Shown here in pieces: positions 20,730-30,872 of a stretch of 64,000 bases of DNA (position 1 is the stretch's first letter; each line of letters starts with the position of its first letter). Origin of the DNA: a candidate division FCPU426 bacterium (lineage in GTDB: Bacteria > Oederibacteriota > Muellerivitia > Muellerivitales > Muellerivitaceae); NCBI GenBank assembly GCA_963830915.1, contig CAWHOE010000034.1:32001-96000 (forward strand), in the 5' to 3' direction. The position numbers and the translations under genes were made by a program. The notes below the pieces were generated by a model, which saw only the letters and a program-made list of their open reading frames with translations, was not told the origin of the DNA and searched no databases.

Positions 20730-22178
20730 ATGAGTCCGATTGAAGGCCGAGCCCGAAGGGTTATTCATAATACTTTCCTTCTTTTTGGCTCTGAGAAGGC
20801 CGCCCAATTATTTTCATTGTTGGTTTTCATGTTTCTGACCCGGCGATGGGATGTGGCCACCTATGGGCAATACGCTCTCATCAAGAATTGGGTGGCCATA
20901 TTCGCGACTTTTAGTGACCTTGGTTTGAACGCCCTGACCATTAGGGAAGTGGCCCATCGCCGGAGTTTAGCGGGGTTTTATCTCCGGAACGTCATGGGAA
21001 TAAGGTCACTTTTCTCCATGGCGCTGTTGGGCTTGTTGGGTTTGGTTGGGATACTTTTCCACTATGAATCGCTGATCAAAGTCGGTTTGGTGATCATGGG
21101 CACGAGGATTGTATTGGATTGTATTTCGGGTGGTTATGTCTATTTGCTTCAAGCGCATGAACGGATGGGAGTCCATGGTTTGATTGTGGTCCTTTCCAGT
21201 GTGATCCGTTTATTGGGGATCGTTCTCGTAGTTTGGCTAGGAGGCGGCATATGGGGGGCTTGCGCGATTTGGGTTTTGGCCAGTGCCTTTTCGCTTTCCG
21301 CTCTTTCTTTCATTGGGATACGAAGCAAATGGGTGCCTGATTTTTCCAAATGGAAATGGGATGAAGTGGGGAAGGTCCTTCGTTTAGCCCTTCCTTTGGC
21401 GACCTTTTGGTCCCTTCAGATGCTTTATTTCCGGGTGGATACGGTCATCCTGAAAAGCCTCAAGGGCAATGAAGCGGTCGGTTTATATGACGCTGCCTAC
21501 ACGTTTTTAAATAGTATTTTGTCTTTGTCCCAATTATTCGGACTTTCCACCTTGCCCGTCTTTTCCTCGGCGCAAGATAAGAAATCGGATTTTGGAAGAT
21601 TGGCGATCCGTTCGATCAAACTACTTTTATTCTTGGGGATCCCGATCACGGTGGGAGGTGTCTTATTGGCAAGACCATTGATCGTCCTGTTTTCGGGACA
21701 GAAATACCTGCCAGCCAGTCCTTTCTTCGTTGTTTTGATCCTTTCAACTGTCCCATTTTTCATTTCGAACATCTATATCAATGTTTTGACCGTGAAAAAC
21801 CCAAAAATGTTGAATCTTCTATATTTCACCCTTTTTGTAATGAATATCGCCTTCAATTTTCTGCTCATCCCGACCTGGGGAGCGACGGGCGCGGCTTGGG
21901 CCACCGTTTTCTGCGAATGGATCGGCTTAGGATGGGGGCTTTGGATGATGCGAGAATACATTCTAGGCGCGCCTAAACAGGGTTTTGTTCAATCGGTTTT
22001 TGTATCTTTGGCGGCCGCAGGCATAATGGGTCTTGCCATTAACCTGGATCCCCGGCTTTACTGGCTAGTTTTGGGACCGGTGATCTACGGAGTGGGGATG
22101 TATCTTTTCAAAGGATTGGATCGACAAGACATGGCAAGCCTGTGGTCCGCATTAAAGATATACGGGAAAAGGGATTGA
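20730..22178 (+). CDS. Wzx/MOP-family polysaccharide flippase
   Basis: Multi-TM; SDLGL, YFRVDTVIL, VGLYDAAY, NFLLIPTWGATGAAWAT. Confidence 0.9.
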   Translation: MSPIEGRARRVIHNTFLLFGSEKAAQLFSLLVFMFLTRRWDVATYGQYALIKNWVAIFATFSDLGLNALTIREVAHRRSLAGFYLRNVMGIRSLFSMALLGLLGLVGILFHYESLIKVGLVIMGTRIVLDCISGGYVYLLQAHERMGVHGLIVVLSSVIRLLGIVLVVWLGGGIWGACAIWVLASAFSLSALSFIGIRSKWVPDFSKWKWDEVGKVLRLALPLATFWSLQMLYFRVDTVILKSLKGNEAVGLYDAAYTFLNSILSLSQLFGLSTLPVFSSAQDKKSDFGRLAIRSIKLLLFLGIPITVGGVLLARPLIVLFSGQKYLPASPFFVVLILSTVPFFISNIYINVLTVKNPKMLNLLYFTLFVMNIAFNFLLIPTWGATGAAWATVFCEWIGLGWGLWMMREYILGAPKQGFVQSVFVSLAAAGIMGLAINLDPRLYWLVLGPVIYGVGMYLFKGLDRQDMASLWSALKIYGKRD

Positions 22179-23512
22179 TCAAGAACGACCTCAATTACTA
22201 CTGGGAAAAATATTTTTCCCACCGCAAACACCTGCTGAATCGGGCTGGAATTATGGCTGGTGCCCGCATTATTGGGTTGGGTCTTGGTTTTTTCGGCTCG
22301 GTTTGGGCAGCCCGTTGTCTGGGTCCCCATAACTTTGGGATTTCTGGGATGGTACTAGGGGTCGTTGTCCAGGCTTCCCTGGTCCTGGGTTTGATGAACG
22401 ATACGGTTTTGATCAGAGAATTTAAAAATGCCCCGGATATCGAGTCCAAAACCCGGTTGGTTAAAGTGTCGATGGGTTTTCGTTTAATAGCTTGTCTGAT
22501 CATCTCACTGGTGGCAGTTTTTCTTTTGGTCTTTCACCTTCTTCCTTACGACTACCATTTTGCCGGTTGGCTGTTTTTGCCGATCATGATTCTGACCGGT
22601 TTTCAACCGCTCTGGGTATTCCAAGCGGCTGAAAGACAACACTTCCAATCCCTTATCGCGGTGATCCAACCGTTATTGATGGCCATACTTTACTTTGGGT
22701 TTTTCAAACCGGGGATGTCGGCAGGAGCGGATCTGGCTGTTAAAACAGCCATCCTGTCGATCATGATTTGGATCTATTGGGGGGCCCTTTTCCGCTGGTT
22801 GCCTCTTAATGGGAAATGGTTCGATAAGGGGTATTGGGAAATGGTGAAATCACTGATAGCGCGATCCCGATGGATGTTCGCAGTGGGGTTGGCTATCAAT
22901 GTTTATGCCAATCTGGACTTGCCTTTAGTGGGCTGGCTCTATTCATTGGATGAATTGGGGAAATACCGAACCGCCGTTTCAATCATGGGTTCCGCTCAGT
23001 ACATTTTTGATATCGTGCCAAACATCCTCTACCCGAGGTTCTTGGAATGGAAAAAAATGGGAGAAGAAGTGTTGTGGAGGCGACAGGTAAAACTGGCATG
23101 GGTCTTTTCCGGTCTGGGGGCGGTGGGCACGATCCTAGCTTTTCTCATCATGCCGACAGTTTATCCCTTCGTGTTTACGCCGGCCTTTTCCAGGGCGGCT
23201 ATTCCTTGTGTTATCCTGCTCGGCTCGAGATGCCTGATCATGGTAACGACCATTTTATACATGGGATTAGTGACCGACCCTCGGTATGACAAAAAAGTAT
23301 TTCTTATTACCCTTTTGACCGCGGTCCTGTCCTTGACATCCAATTTGATCTTCATCCCTAAATTTGGTATGTACGCCGCAGCCGTCACCAATGTGGCCAG
23401 TGAAGTTCTCGTTCTCTCGTTGTGTGTCGTTGTAGGTTTGAAAAAGATCGCCGCGTCCCGAACCGAGGCGGCGCGATTATCTGAATTTCTGACCGGCGGA
23501 AATGAGAAATAA
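22175..23512 (+). CDS. Second Wzx-family flippase
   Basis: ARCLGPHNFG, W.FQA.E, NLIFIPKFGMYAAA; start uncertain (22142 or TTG 22175). Confidence 0.85.
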   Translation: MIKNDLNYYWEKYFSHRKHLLNRAGIMAGARIIGLGLGFFGSVWAARCLGPHNFGISGMVLGVVVQASLVLGLMNDTVLIREFKNAPDIESKTRLVKVSMGFRLIACLIISLVAVFLLVFHLLPYDYHFAGWLFLPIMILTGFQPLWVFQAAERQHFQSLIAVIQPLLMAILYFGFFKPGMSAGADLAVKTAILSIMIWIYWGALFRWLPLNGKWFDKGYWEMVKSLIARSRWMFAVGLAINVYANLDLPLVGWLYSLDELGKYRTAVSIMGSAQYIFDIVPNILYPRFLEWKKMGEEVLWRRQVKLAWVFSGLGAVGTILAFLIMPTVYPFVFTPAFSRAAIPCVILLGSRCLIMVTTILYMGLVTDPRYDKKVFLITLLTAVLSLTSNLIFIPKFGMYAAAVTNVASEVLVLSLCVVVGLKKIAASRTEAARLSEFLTGGNEK

Positions 23513-23634
23513 ATACCAAAAGGTTAAAGGTTTGTTTGGCATCCCTGCAGACTGTTCTTGTGACTTCATGTTTTTCAAGCGAATATCTCCTGTTCTGAAC
23601 CCGCTAACTTGTGGAGGTTGAGAATGCCTGATGG

Positions 23635-24110
23635 TTGGTGAGTACCTTAGCGGTGAGTTTTGCTCTGAATCGGTTGATGAACATATACTATGCCATTCAA
23701 TTGACCTCGGGTTGGACCAAACGGATTTATTTTATAAATTTATTTTCGGCTTTTATCCACGTGCTTTTGATCATCCTGCTTACTCAATTGTACGGTGCTG
23801 TCGGCACAGCTAGTGTTTGGGTTTTGGTAATTACTGGATATATTTTGATCGCAATGCCCATCGTGCTTAAGCGTTTGTAAAAAAAGAAACGAGGATATGA
23901 TATATTCAAGATGCTATTGGGCTTCTAGCTGGACCTTTGGTGGTGGTATTGGCTGCCTATTTTCTTAACCCCGTGAACCAATTCGGATCTTTTTGGAAAT
24001 TGTTTACTTTTGGCACAATATGGACCATGGCTACGCTCTCAGCTGTTTTTTGTCCCAGATACTTTGGAATATGGGCCTTCGTTACATCAGAAAACAAAAA
24101 GGAGGTTTGA
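23635..24110 (+). pseudogene. Remnant 3' end of a Wzx flippase
   Basis: YAIQLTSGWTK...YGAVGTASVW resembles Wzx C-termini; after a 1-nt shift near 23878 it continues KKETRI*YIQD with an in-frame TGA; the 5' part is missing. Confidence 0.6.
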
Positions 24111-25379
24111 ATGGCTGATTTAAAAACTCCTACGGGTGCTACCCAAGCTGAAAAATCCACGTCGAGACCCTTTTTTTCCATAATTATTCCCACCGTGAAT
24201 CGGCCCGATTTCTTGGAGGCTACACTTAAATCGGCTCTCTGGCAGACCTTTAAGAATTACGAAGTAATTGTATCCGACAGTTCTGACAACGATGAGACGC
24301 AAAAGAGGATCCGGAAAATTATCCAGAAAGAAGCAGATTCGTCGCGGCTTCGCTGTATTCGGCCCGGTAGATGGATGAATATGCCCGATCATTTGGAATT
24401 CGCCTCCGGTTATGCTACAGGCACCTATGTTCTTTTTATGACGCATCGCCGCGTGATGAGACCAGGTGCGCTGGAATATTTATTTTCCAAAATCAAAACC
24501 GCGCCTCCCGGAATTGGATTGGTTAGCTGGTATGATCATGGGGCTATTCGGATTTATCAGGAATAGTGAATGGCGGGCCCTTTTCGGGGGAAACCAAACT
24601 GATTCAGTCCAAGGAATTGGTGAAGGATTTCGCCACCTTTGAGCAATGGAAGGAAGGCGGATATTGGGCTCAACAGCTTCCGCATACCTTTAATAGCTGC
24701 TATCTTTCCAACTTGGGGGAGGAGGTTCGTAAAGACTATAACCGAATATTTTTTCCCCGTGTCACCTGATTTTATGGCGGGTTTTTTAATGTTGGCTCAT
24801 ACTCCGGAAGTCCTCTATCTCGATAGCCCGCTTTATTTACAGCATTCAGGTAAATTTGTAGGAAACGGTACCGTTAGTTTCGTAGAGGGGGTCGAAAAAT
24901 TTACTAGCACTTTTCCGGAAATCGATCCTTTCGAGGGTGTGCCCATTCGTTTAAACACCTTATTTAACACCTTGGCCCGTGATATTTTGAGGGCCAAGGA
25001 AATGGTTGGGAATAAGTATTCGGACATCCAGCCCAATTGGGTGGGCTATTATGTGAGCAATTATTTGGAGATCATGGATAAAGAACAAGTGGGATCGGGA
25101 ATGGATATTTTGAACCTTTATTCCCTTTGGGAAGAAGGTGTGACCCGTCTTTCGGCGGAGCAACAGCTCCAGGTTCGGGAGATTCTCAAGGGGTTCCAAA
25201 AGCGCAGGGCTTCTTTTATCCTTCTTCGTAGACTGGTGCGGAAAATGGGCTTGGCACCCTATTACTCCATCGTCATTGGTAAAATCCGTAACCTCCGTCA
25301 TCGGATCACCGGGAAGCCTGTTTATTCCTCTGTTTTTGAGGCCGCCATCGACACTGATAACTTATCGCCGAAGTCATAA
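24111..25379 (+). CDS. GT2 glycosyltransferase broken by two homopolymer indels (pseudogene or sequence error)
   Basis: FSIIIPTVNRP, QTFKNYEVIVSD; three consecutive frames (24111-24566, 24566-24769, 24639-25379) join if one base is removed at GGGG ~24540 and at T6C4 ~24750. Confidence 0.7.
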
Positions 25380-25755
25380 AGGATTTTGATAAATTAAACG
25401 AGACATTAAACCCCAATGAAATCCTTGAAAAAATCATTGAACGGATGATGACTTCCGAAAAAATCTTTAAGCTTTTTTGATTTTCCTTCCCTTTTGTCGG
25501 TCTTTTTCCATGACCCCCGTATTTGGATGCCAAGGACAAGATTGGGCATGAGCCCCACTATCTGGTCATCATCAACAGCCTTTTAATGGATGAGGACCTG
25601 GACTACAAAACGATTACGATTCCGGTCGGGAAGGCACCTGGAAGGCGGGAAAAAGCGCATTGGGGAGTCCTTGGACTTACAAACGGAGCTGTTGGCCCGG
25701 GGTTAACAGGTTATTAGCTCCAAAGTCTATCGGGACACGAATAAATGGAAGGAAG

Positions 25756-25785
25756 AAGCCCATGGCGTTTGCCTCGGGCTTTTTT
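25756..25785 (+). terminator. Possible intrinsic terminator
   Basis: AAGCCC-ATGGCGTTTGCCTC-GGGCTT plus T run. Confidence 0.45.
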
Positions 25786-25992
25786 ATCCTATTTTAAACA
25801 GGCATTTACGCAGGTTTATTTGCATAATGAAAAACCGGCTGGAGAATATTTCCAATATAATTCGTCTACGCTCAATTAGCTGATTTTGAGAAAAAGTTAC
25901 TCATTGAAAAAGTGGGCGTTTTTTTGGTTTGAATAGAGTAAAAAATCAGCACTAATAAATAATCTTTAGAAACAGCAGGAATTGGACGGAAT

Positions 25993-27165
25993 GTGGTGTT
26001 AAAAAATCGTAATAAATTAAAACAAGATCCTGATAGATCCTACTTTTTCAAATCACCTATCAAGACCCAGTTTATACGTTTCGTTGACACGATGGGTTCC
26101 TTCTTTTTCCATGAAAAAAATGCGCCTATTGTCTGGCGGGATATTAAAAGAATAGCCGTCCTGCGTTTAGACCACCTAGGGGATGTACTATTAGCTTTGC
26201 CGTTTTTGGAAGCCTTGAGAATGTCTTTGCCTCAGCTGGATATCGATCTATACGCCGGTCCTTGGGCCGAAGAACTGATCCGACTAGCGGGATTTAAAAT
26301 AGGCTTCAAGGTTTTTAACGCCCCGTGGTTCGACCGAGCCAATCTACATCCCTGGTCTTTGAAGGGAATTCAATCCTTAAGCCGAAAGTTAGCTATGGGG
26401 CGGTATGACGCGGTCATCGATTTAAGAGGGGATTTTCGTCAGATCATCGCCATGAAATGTTCCGGGATCCCCATTCGGATCGGACAAATAAGAACCGGCG
26501 GTGGATTTTTATTGACCCATCCGTTGGTCTATCGGAAAGGTTTACATGAGATTGACAGGAACCTGGAAATTTTGTCTCAACTGGGTTTGAGCCCTTCAAT
26601 AAACAGTGTCTCGCCTAAGATTATCCCAGCCGATGATAACTGTAAGTCCGATAAACAGATACGAAGAACGCTTTCTATAACAAAACCAGTCATAGCACTG
26701 CATTGTACTTGTTTGGCCAGCGCTAAACGCTGGGGAGAAGAAAAATGGCGCCAACTGGCGGAATCACTCCCGGATAATGTGGATATAGTGGTGTTGGGTT
26801 CGAAAAATGAACAGAAAGATGCGGAAAAGATTTTCAACGGCTGTCAAAGGAAGGTTGTATTTGCTATAGGTTTATTTTCCTTAGGAGATTTGGCCGCTTT
26901 TTTAAAGGCATGTAAACTTTTCATCGGGGTTGATTCAGCCCCTGCCCATATTGCCGCATCCGTAGGGACGCCGGTGATTTCCCTATTTTCGGGTACCAAT
27001 GAATCCAGCCAATGGAGCCCGCGTGGTCCGAAGGTCATGGTCCTTCAAAAAAAAACATCTTGTTCACCTTGTGAACTAATGGTTTGTCCCATCGCTAATG
27101 AGTGTATGAATCAAATTATTGTGGAAGAGGTATTAAAGGGTTCGGATCGCTATCTGCGGAATTAA
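25993..27165 (+). CDS. GT9 (ADP-heptose:LPS heptosyltransferase-like) glycosyltransferase
   Basis: RLDHLGDVLL, KRW, FIGVDSAPAHIAA, W.P, terminal CSPC...CP...CM. Confidence 0.9.
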   Translation: MVLKNRNKLKQDPDRSYFFKSPIKTQFIRFVDTMGSFFFHEKNAPIVWRDIKRIAVLRLDHLGDVLLALPFLEALRMSLPQLDIDLYAGPWAEELIRLAGFKIGFKVFNAPWFDRANLHPWSLKGIQSLSRKLAMGRYDAVIDLRGDFRQIIAMKCSGIPIRIGQIRTGGGFLLTHPLVYRKGLHEIDRNLEILSQLGLSPSINSVSPKIIPADDNCKSDKQIRRTLSITKPVIALHCTCLASAKRWGEEKWRQLAESLPDNVDIVVLGSKNEQKDAEKIFNGCQRKVVFAIGLFSLGDLAAFLKACKLFIGVDSAPAHIAASVGTPVISLFSGTNESSQWSPRGPKVMVLQKKTSCSPCELMVCPIANECMNQIIVEEVLKGSDRYLRN

Positions 27166-27245
27166 ATGATCGTTACGAAGACGCAAATAATATAAGGCCG
27201 TTCAGTGTTCTTTGATGTCATTGAGGATCCATTTCTTAAATAAGA

Positions 27246-28427
27246 TCAAATCCCAGCTAATGTTTTTACGAATTCTTCCTCGGATACAGGCCGATAATTA
27301 CTTGTTTTGGAGTCCAATTCACTGAATTCTCGATAGGTATTTTCCAAGGCCCGGGTGAGTGATGATAAGGAGTTATTCTCGAAAAAAACGGTCTTATTGT
27401 ATTGGGCCCCGGCCCATCCCAACCAACCGTAATTCGTGGAAAGGATGACCTTGCCAAGAATGGCGGTTTTCGCGAAAAAAGCCGATGTCCCAACATGACT
27501 GCGATATGGAAGGCATACCACATCCATTTGATCCATCAAATGGATTAGCTCATCGTTCTTCAAATACCCATTGAAAACCTGGAATCGATCCCCCAAAACA
27601 CTTTCGGCTTGTTTGAATTTTTCAAGCAGTGCAGGGTCGAAGAAGTGTCCGGCATAGATCAATCTCGCGTCGGAAGGAAGATCGGCCTTAAGAAACGCGT
27701 CGATCAAGAAATCCGGTCCTTTTCGATCGCCTGAACGGGCCCCTCCAGGGAAACCGAAACAAACCCCTTTTTTACGGTCGGCGGAGGGTTGAGCCGGTCT
27801 TTGGTTGAGATAATCGCCCATTGAGTAAAGGGGTTCAGGACAAACCGTCAGAGAAATTCCGAATTTATCTTTAACCCTTTTGATCGCCCATTGGTCTAGA
27901 TAAGTGGCTTCCACAGGAGCCCGCGATTTCAGCCAAAAAGAAATACGGTCCTTCAGATGAGCGAGAACATTCCGTCCGGGGTAAGCGACGCCCAGATAAA
28001 GGAGACAGCTATGGATCTTCAAACGACCTGGGGTCCAGCCCAAAAGACTGGCAATGCCGAGCGTTTTAACCAAAGCATCCGCAGTACTCACTATTAGGGC
28101 ATGGATTTGACGTTTTTTCAGTTCTTTCTCGATTGCCCTGAATCGGGTCCAAAGGGCTAGTGATTTTTCTTCACTGAAATTATCACCGACAACCATTGTG
28201 GTGAATCGGCCCTCTAATGGTTTCAAATGAACTTGGTATTCTTCGGAACGAAATGTCGATTGGGTAGAAATGAAAAGAAGCGGTTTTTTTGTCTTTTCGT
28301 AAATATGGCGAATGAGTATTTCGACAAAAGCCAAAGTGTGCCCCGCGTGATTATCTTCCCAAACAGCTATCTCTGGATTGGTTTGGTTCATGGTTCCCTC
28401 GGTTATTTCTTTGTTTTCATTATGCAT
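27246..28427 (-). CDS. Divergent GT-B fold glycosyltransferase
   Basis: N-terminal GH motif, DRKG.DFLI.AF, DVVCLPYR.H.GTS; start may be 28391. Confidence 0.7.
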   Translation of the reverse strand: MHNENKEITEGTMNQTNPEIAVWEDNHAGHTLAFVEILIRHIYEKTKKPLLFISTQSTFRSEEYQVHLKPLEGRFTTMVVGDNFSEEKSLALWTRFRAIEKELKKRQIHALIVSTADALVKTLGIASLLGWTPGRLKIHSCLLYLGVAYPGRNVLAHLKDRISFWLKSRAPVEATYLDQWAIKRVKDKFGISLTVCPEPLYSMGDYLNQRPAQPSADRKKGVCFGFPGGARSGDRKGPDFLIDAFLKADLPSDARLIYAGHFFDPALLEKFKQAESVLGDRFQVFNGYLKNDELIHLMDQMDVVCLPYRSHVGTSAFFAKTAILGKVILSTNYGWLGWAGAQYNKTVFFENNSLSSLTRALENTYREFSELDSKTSNYRPVSEEEFVKTLAGI

Positions 28428-28519
28428 CTCGATGGTTTTGCATTGTTACATACTATCGAAATTTAGTTGAAGTTCGCTTGGAAAAAATCTTATAGGTGTA
28501 TCTGTCGAATGTTCCGCCC

Positions 28520-29653
28520 TTATCCCAATTTACTCAAACCTAAATAGAGCCCATGGATTTGTTCAGCGATGATTTGGTTAGAATATAGACGCAGGACTTG
28601 TTTTCGACCCCCGAGTCCCGTTTTTTTCCTGAACTTAACCGATTGGGCCAAAGTCATTATTTTTTTGGATAAATCCTCAACATCCCCTTCTTTAAAAATA
28701 AAACCTGCCTTTCCGATAACTTCTGGAATGGCGCCAGAGTCTGAGCCAATCACTGGCACTCCGCAAGCCTGGGCTTCAATGATCACCCTGCCGAATTGTT
28801 CTTTCCAGGTGGGTGTGGTTAGGGAGGGAAGGACCATGACATCCATGCAATTGAGATAATCGGGCACTTGGGACTGATCCATGGCGGCCACCCATCGGAT
28901 TTTGTCAGCAAGACCCAATCGAACCGCTTTCTGTTCCAAATCAGCCCTCAGTGGTCCATTTCCAACGATCAATAGTTTGGCTTTCGAGTTCTTCAACAGG
29001 GCGAAGGCTTCAAGGAGGTGTTGGACGCCTTTTTCAGGCACTAAACGGCCCAAATAGCCGATGGTGAAAGGCCCGAGTTCTAATTCTTTCTTTAGATTGG
29101 AAACGTTCTTTTTCCGAAACATCTTGGGATTGACCCCGTATTGGGGAATCACCGATATCGCGGCCTTGGGATAAGCGGCTTTCTCCAGAAGTTGACCTGC
29201 CTCCAGGTCGCCTGCGATGGCGTGGTCAGCGGTCTCCAAAACATAACGTCGGATCGATTGGTGGGGAAACCCGAATTTTTCCAAAAGATTTTCCCAAGTG
29301 AAGAAGACGAGGCGGGCATTCCACTTGCGGGCGGCCCGAGCCGCTTGCCAAGCGGTCAGACTATAAGGTTCTTCCTCAACGTGGATGATGTCTGGTTTTA
29401 TTTGTCCCACATGTTTTGAAAAAGACGGGTAGAAATGCCGCTTGATACGGCCTTCAAAAAATACTGGCGCGGAAATGATCCTGAACCCTTCTTTCTCAGG
29501 TGATTGGTCGAATGTTCGAATTCTTTTTCCCGCTTCGTACCAAAATTCGGGAAGTAAAAGGGTTATTTCGACATCCTTTTTTTGGGAAAGAAGACGCAAT
29601 TTTTCCCGATAATTGGGAACGACTGAACTGTGAGAAACGAAAAATATTTTCAT
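28520..29653 (-). CDS. GT4 glycosyltransferase
   Basis: PDIIHVEEEP, GRLVPEKG, WKEQFGRVIIEAQACGVPVIGSDSG. Confidence 0.92.
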   Translation of the reverse strand: MKIFFVSHSSVVPNYREKLRLLSQKKDVEITLLLPEFWYEAGKRIRTFDQSPEKEGFRIISAPVFFEGRIKRHFYPSFSKHVGQIKPDIIHVEEEPYSLTAWQAARAARKWNARLVFFTWENLLEKFGFPHQSIRRYVLETADHAIAGDLEAGQLLEKAAYPKAAISVIPQYGVNPKMFRKKNVSNLKKELELGPFTIGYLGRLVPEKGVQHLLEAFALLKNSKAKLLIVGNGPLRADLEQKAVRLGLADKIRWVAAMDQSQVPDYLNCMDVMVLPSLTTPTWKEQFGRVIIEAQACGVPVIGSDSGAIPEVIGKAGFIFKEGDVEDLSKKIMTLAQSVKFRKKTGLGGRKQVLRLYSNQIIAEQIHGLYLGLSKLG

Positions 29654-29761
29654 GGAATCGCATTATATCTTGGTTTTGCGGAAGGCTAGCCGGATATTTA
29701 CCGATATACTATCCTCTATAGGTTGATCGAAATACAGCAAGGGATCCTTAAAGGATGACCC

Positions 29762-30841
29762 GTGAAAATTGCCGTTGATGTCAGGATGATGTGGGCCTCT
29801 GGCATTGGTTCCTATATCCGGAATTTAGTGTCACGGATCATCGTTCGATACCCTGATATCAAATTCTACCTGTTGGGAAATCCAGCTGAAATGGACCGAT
29901 GGGAGGGTTTCAAGAAACCCAATGTTCAACGGATCAAGACTTCCTCTCCCATCTTTTCCTTTTCCGAACAATGGGAAATCGCCCGAAAGATCCCTTTGGA
30001 TTCAGCGCTTTTCTGGTCGCCGAATTACAATTTTCCTGTCCTGTACAAGGGGAAGCTTCTGGTGACGGTCCATGATGTGTTCCATCTGGCCAATCCCCAA
30101 TTCGTTTCCGGCCCTCATCGAAGGTTCTACGCGAAGTTTATGTTCAAGAAATTGGTCGATCGGTCGGATGAGATCCTTTGTGTGTCCCAATTCACCAAGA
30201 AGGAACTATTGCGATTGGCGGGTGGGAAGGCCGATAAAATGAATGTGATCCATAATGGCGTTGACCCGTCCTGGTTCAAGGTCGCAAAAAAGGAAAGGCC
30301 CCATCCCAAGCCTTATTTATTGTTTGTCGGGAATGTGAAACCTCACAAGAATCTGGGCCGTTTATTGCAGGCATTCGCCTTGTTGAAGGATAGGATCCCC
30401 CATGATCTGATCCTGATCGGTAAAAAAGAGGGTTTTATTACAGGGGACAGGGAAGTGATAAACCAGGCAGAAAGGTTTGGGAAAAGAGTTCGTTTCACTG
30501 GTGTATTAGAGGACGAGCAGCTTCATCAATTCTATGCTTGCGCCGATCTACTTGTTTTCCCCTCCCTTTATGAGGGTTTTGGTCTACCACCTTTGGAAGC
30601 CATGGCGAGTGGAACGCCAGTCGCCTGTTCGAATACCGCTTCTTTGCCGGAAGTCTGCGGAGACGCGTCCATTTATTTCGATCCATATCGACCTGAAGAT
30701 ATGGCCGAAAAAATTGAAAAAGTACTAACGGATAAGACTCTTAGGAAAGATTTGATGAAAAAAGGTTTGGAACATGCCCACCGATTCGACTGGGAAAACA
30801 CGGTAGCCGAAACCGCCAGGATTTTGGAGCGCATGTTTTAA
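29762..30841 (+). CDS. GT4 glycosyltransferase (MtfB/WbdA-like)
   Basis: SGIGSYI, VTVHD, VGNVKPHKN, PSLYEGFGLPPLEAMA. Confidence 0.93.
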   Translation: MKIAVDVRMMWASGIGSYIRNLVSRIIVRYPDIKFYLLGNPAEMDRWEGFKKPNVQRIKTSSPIFSFSEQWEIARKIPLDSALFWSPNYNFPVLYKGKLLVTVHDVFHLANPQFVSGPHRRFYAKFMFKKLVDRSDEILCVSQFTKKELLRLAGGKADKMNVIHNGVDPSWFKVAKKERPHPKPYLLFVGNVKPHKNLGRLLQAFALLKDRIPHDLILIGKKEGFITGDREVINQAERFGKRVRFTGVLEDEQLHQFYACADLLVFPSLYEGFGLPPLEAMASGTPVACSNTASLPEVCGDASIYFDPYRPEDMAEKIEKVLTDKTLRKDLMKKGLEHAHRFDWENTVAETARILERMF

Positions 30842-30872
30842 GTTGGGAGTGGGAAAAATAAGATGTGGAAGA

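Noticed and set aside
25380..25990. Short ORFs such as 25523-25717
   Set aside because: No recognisable motif or RBS; may be degraded gene debris but cannot be assigned.
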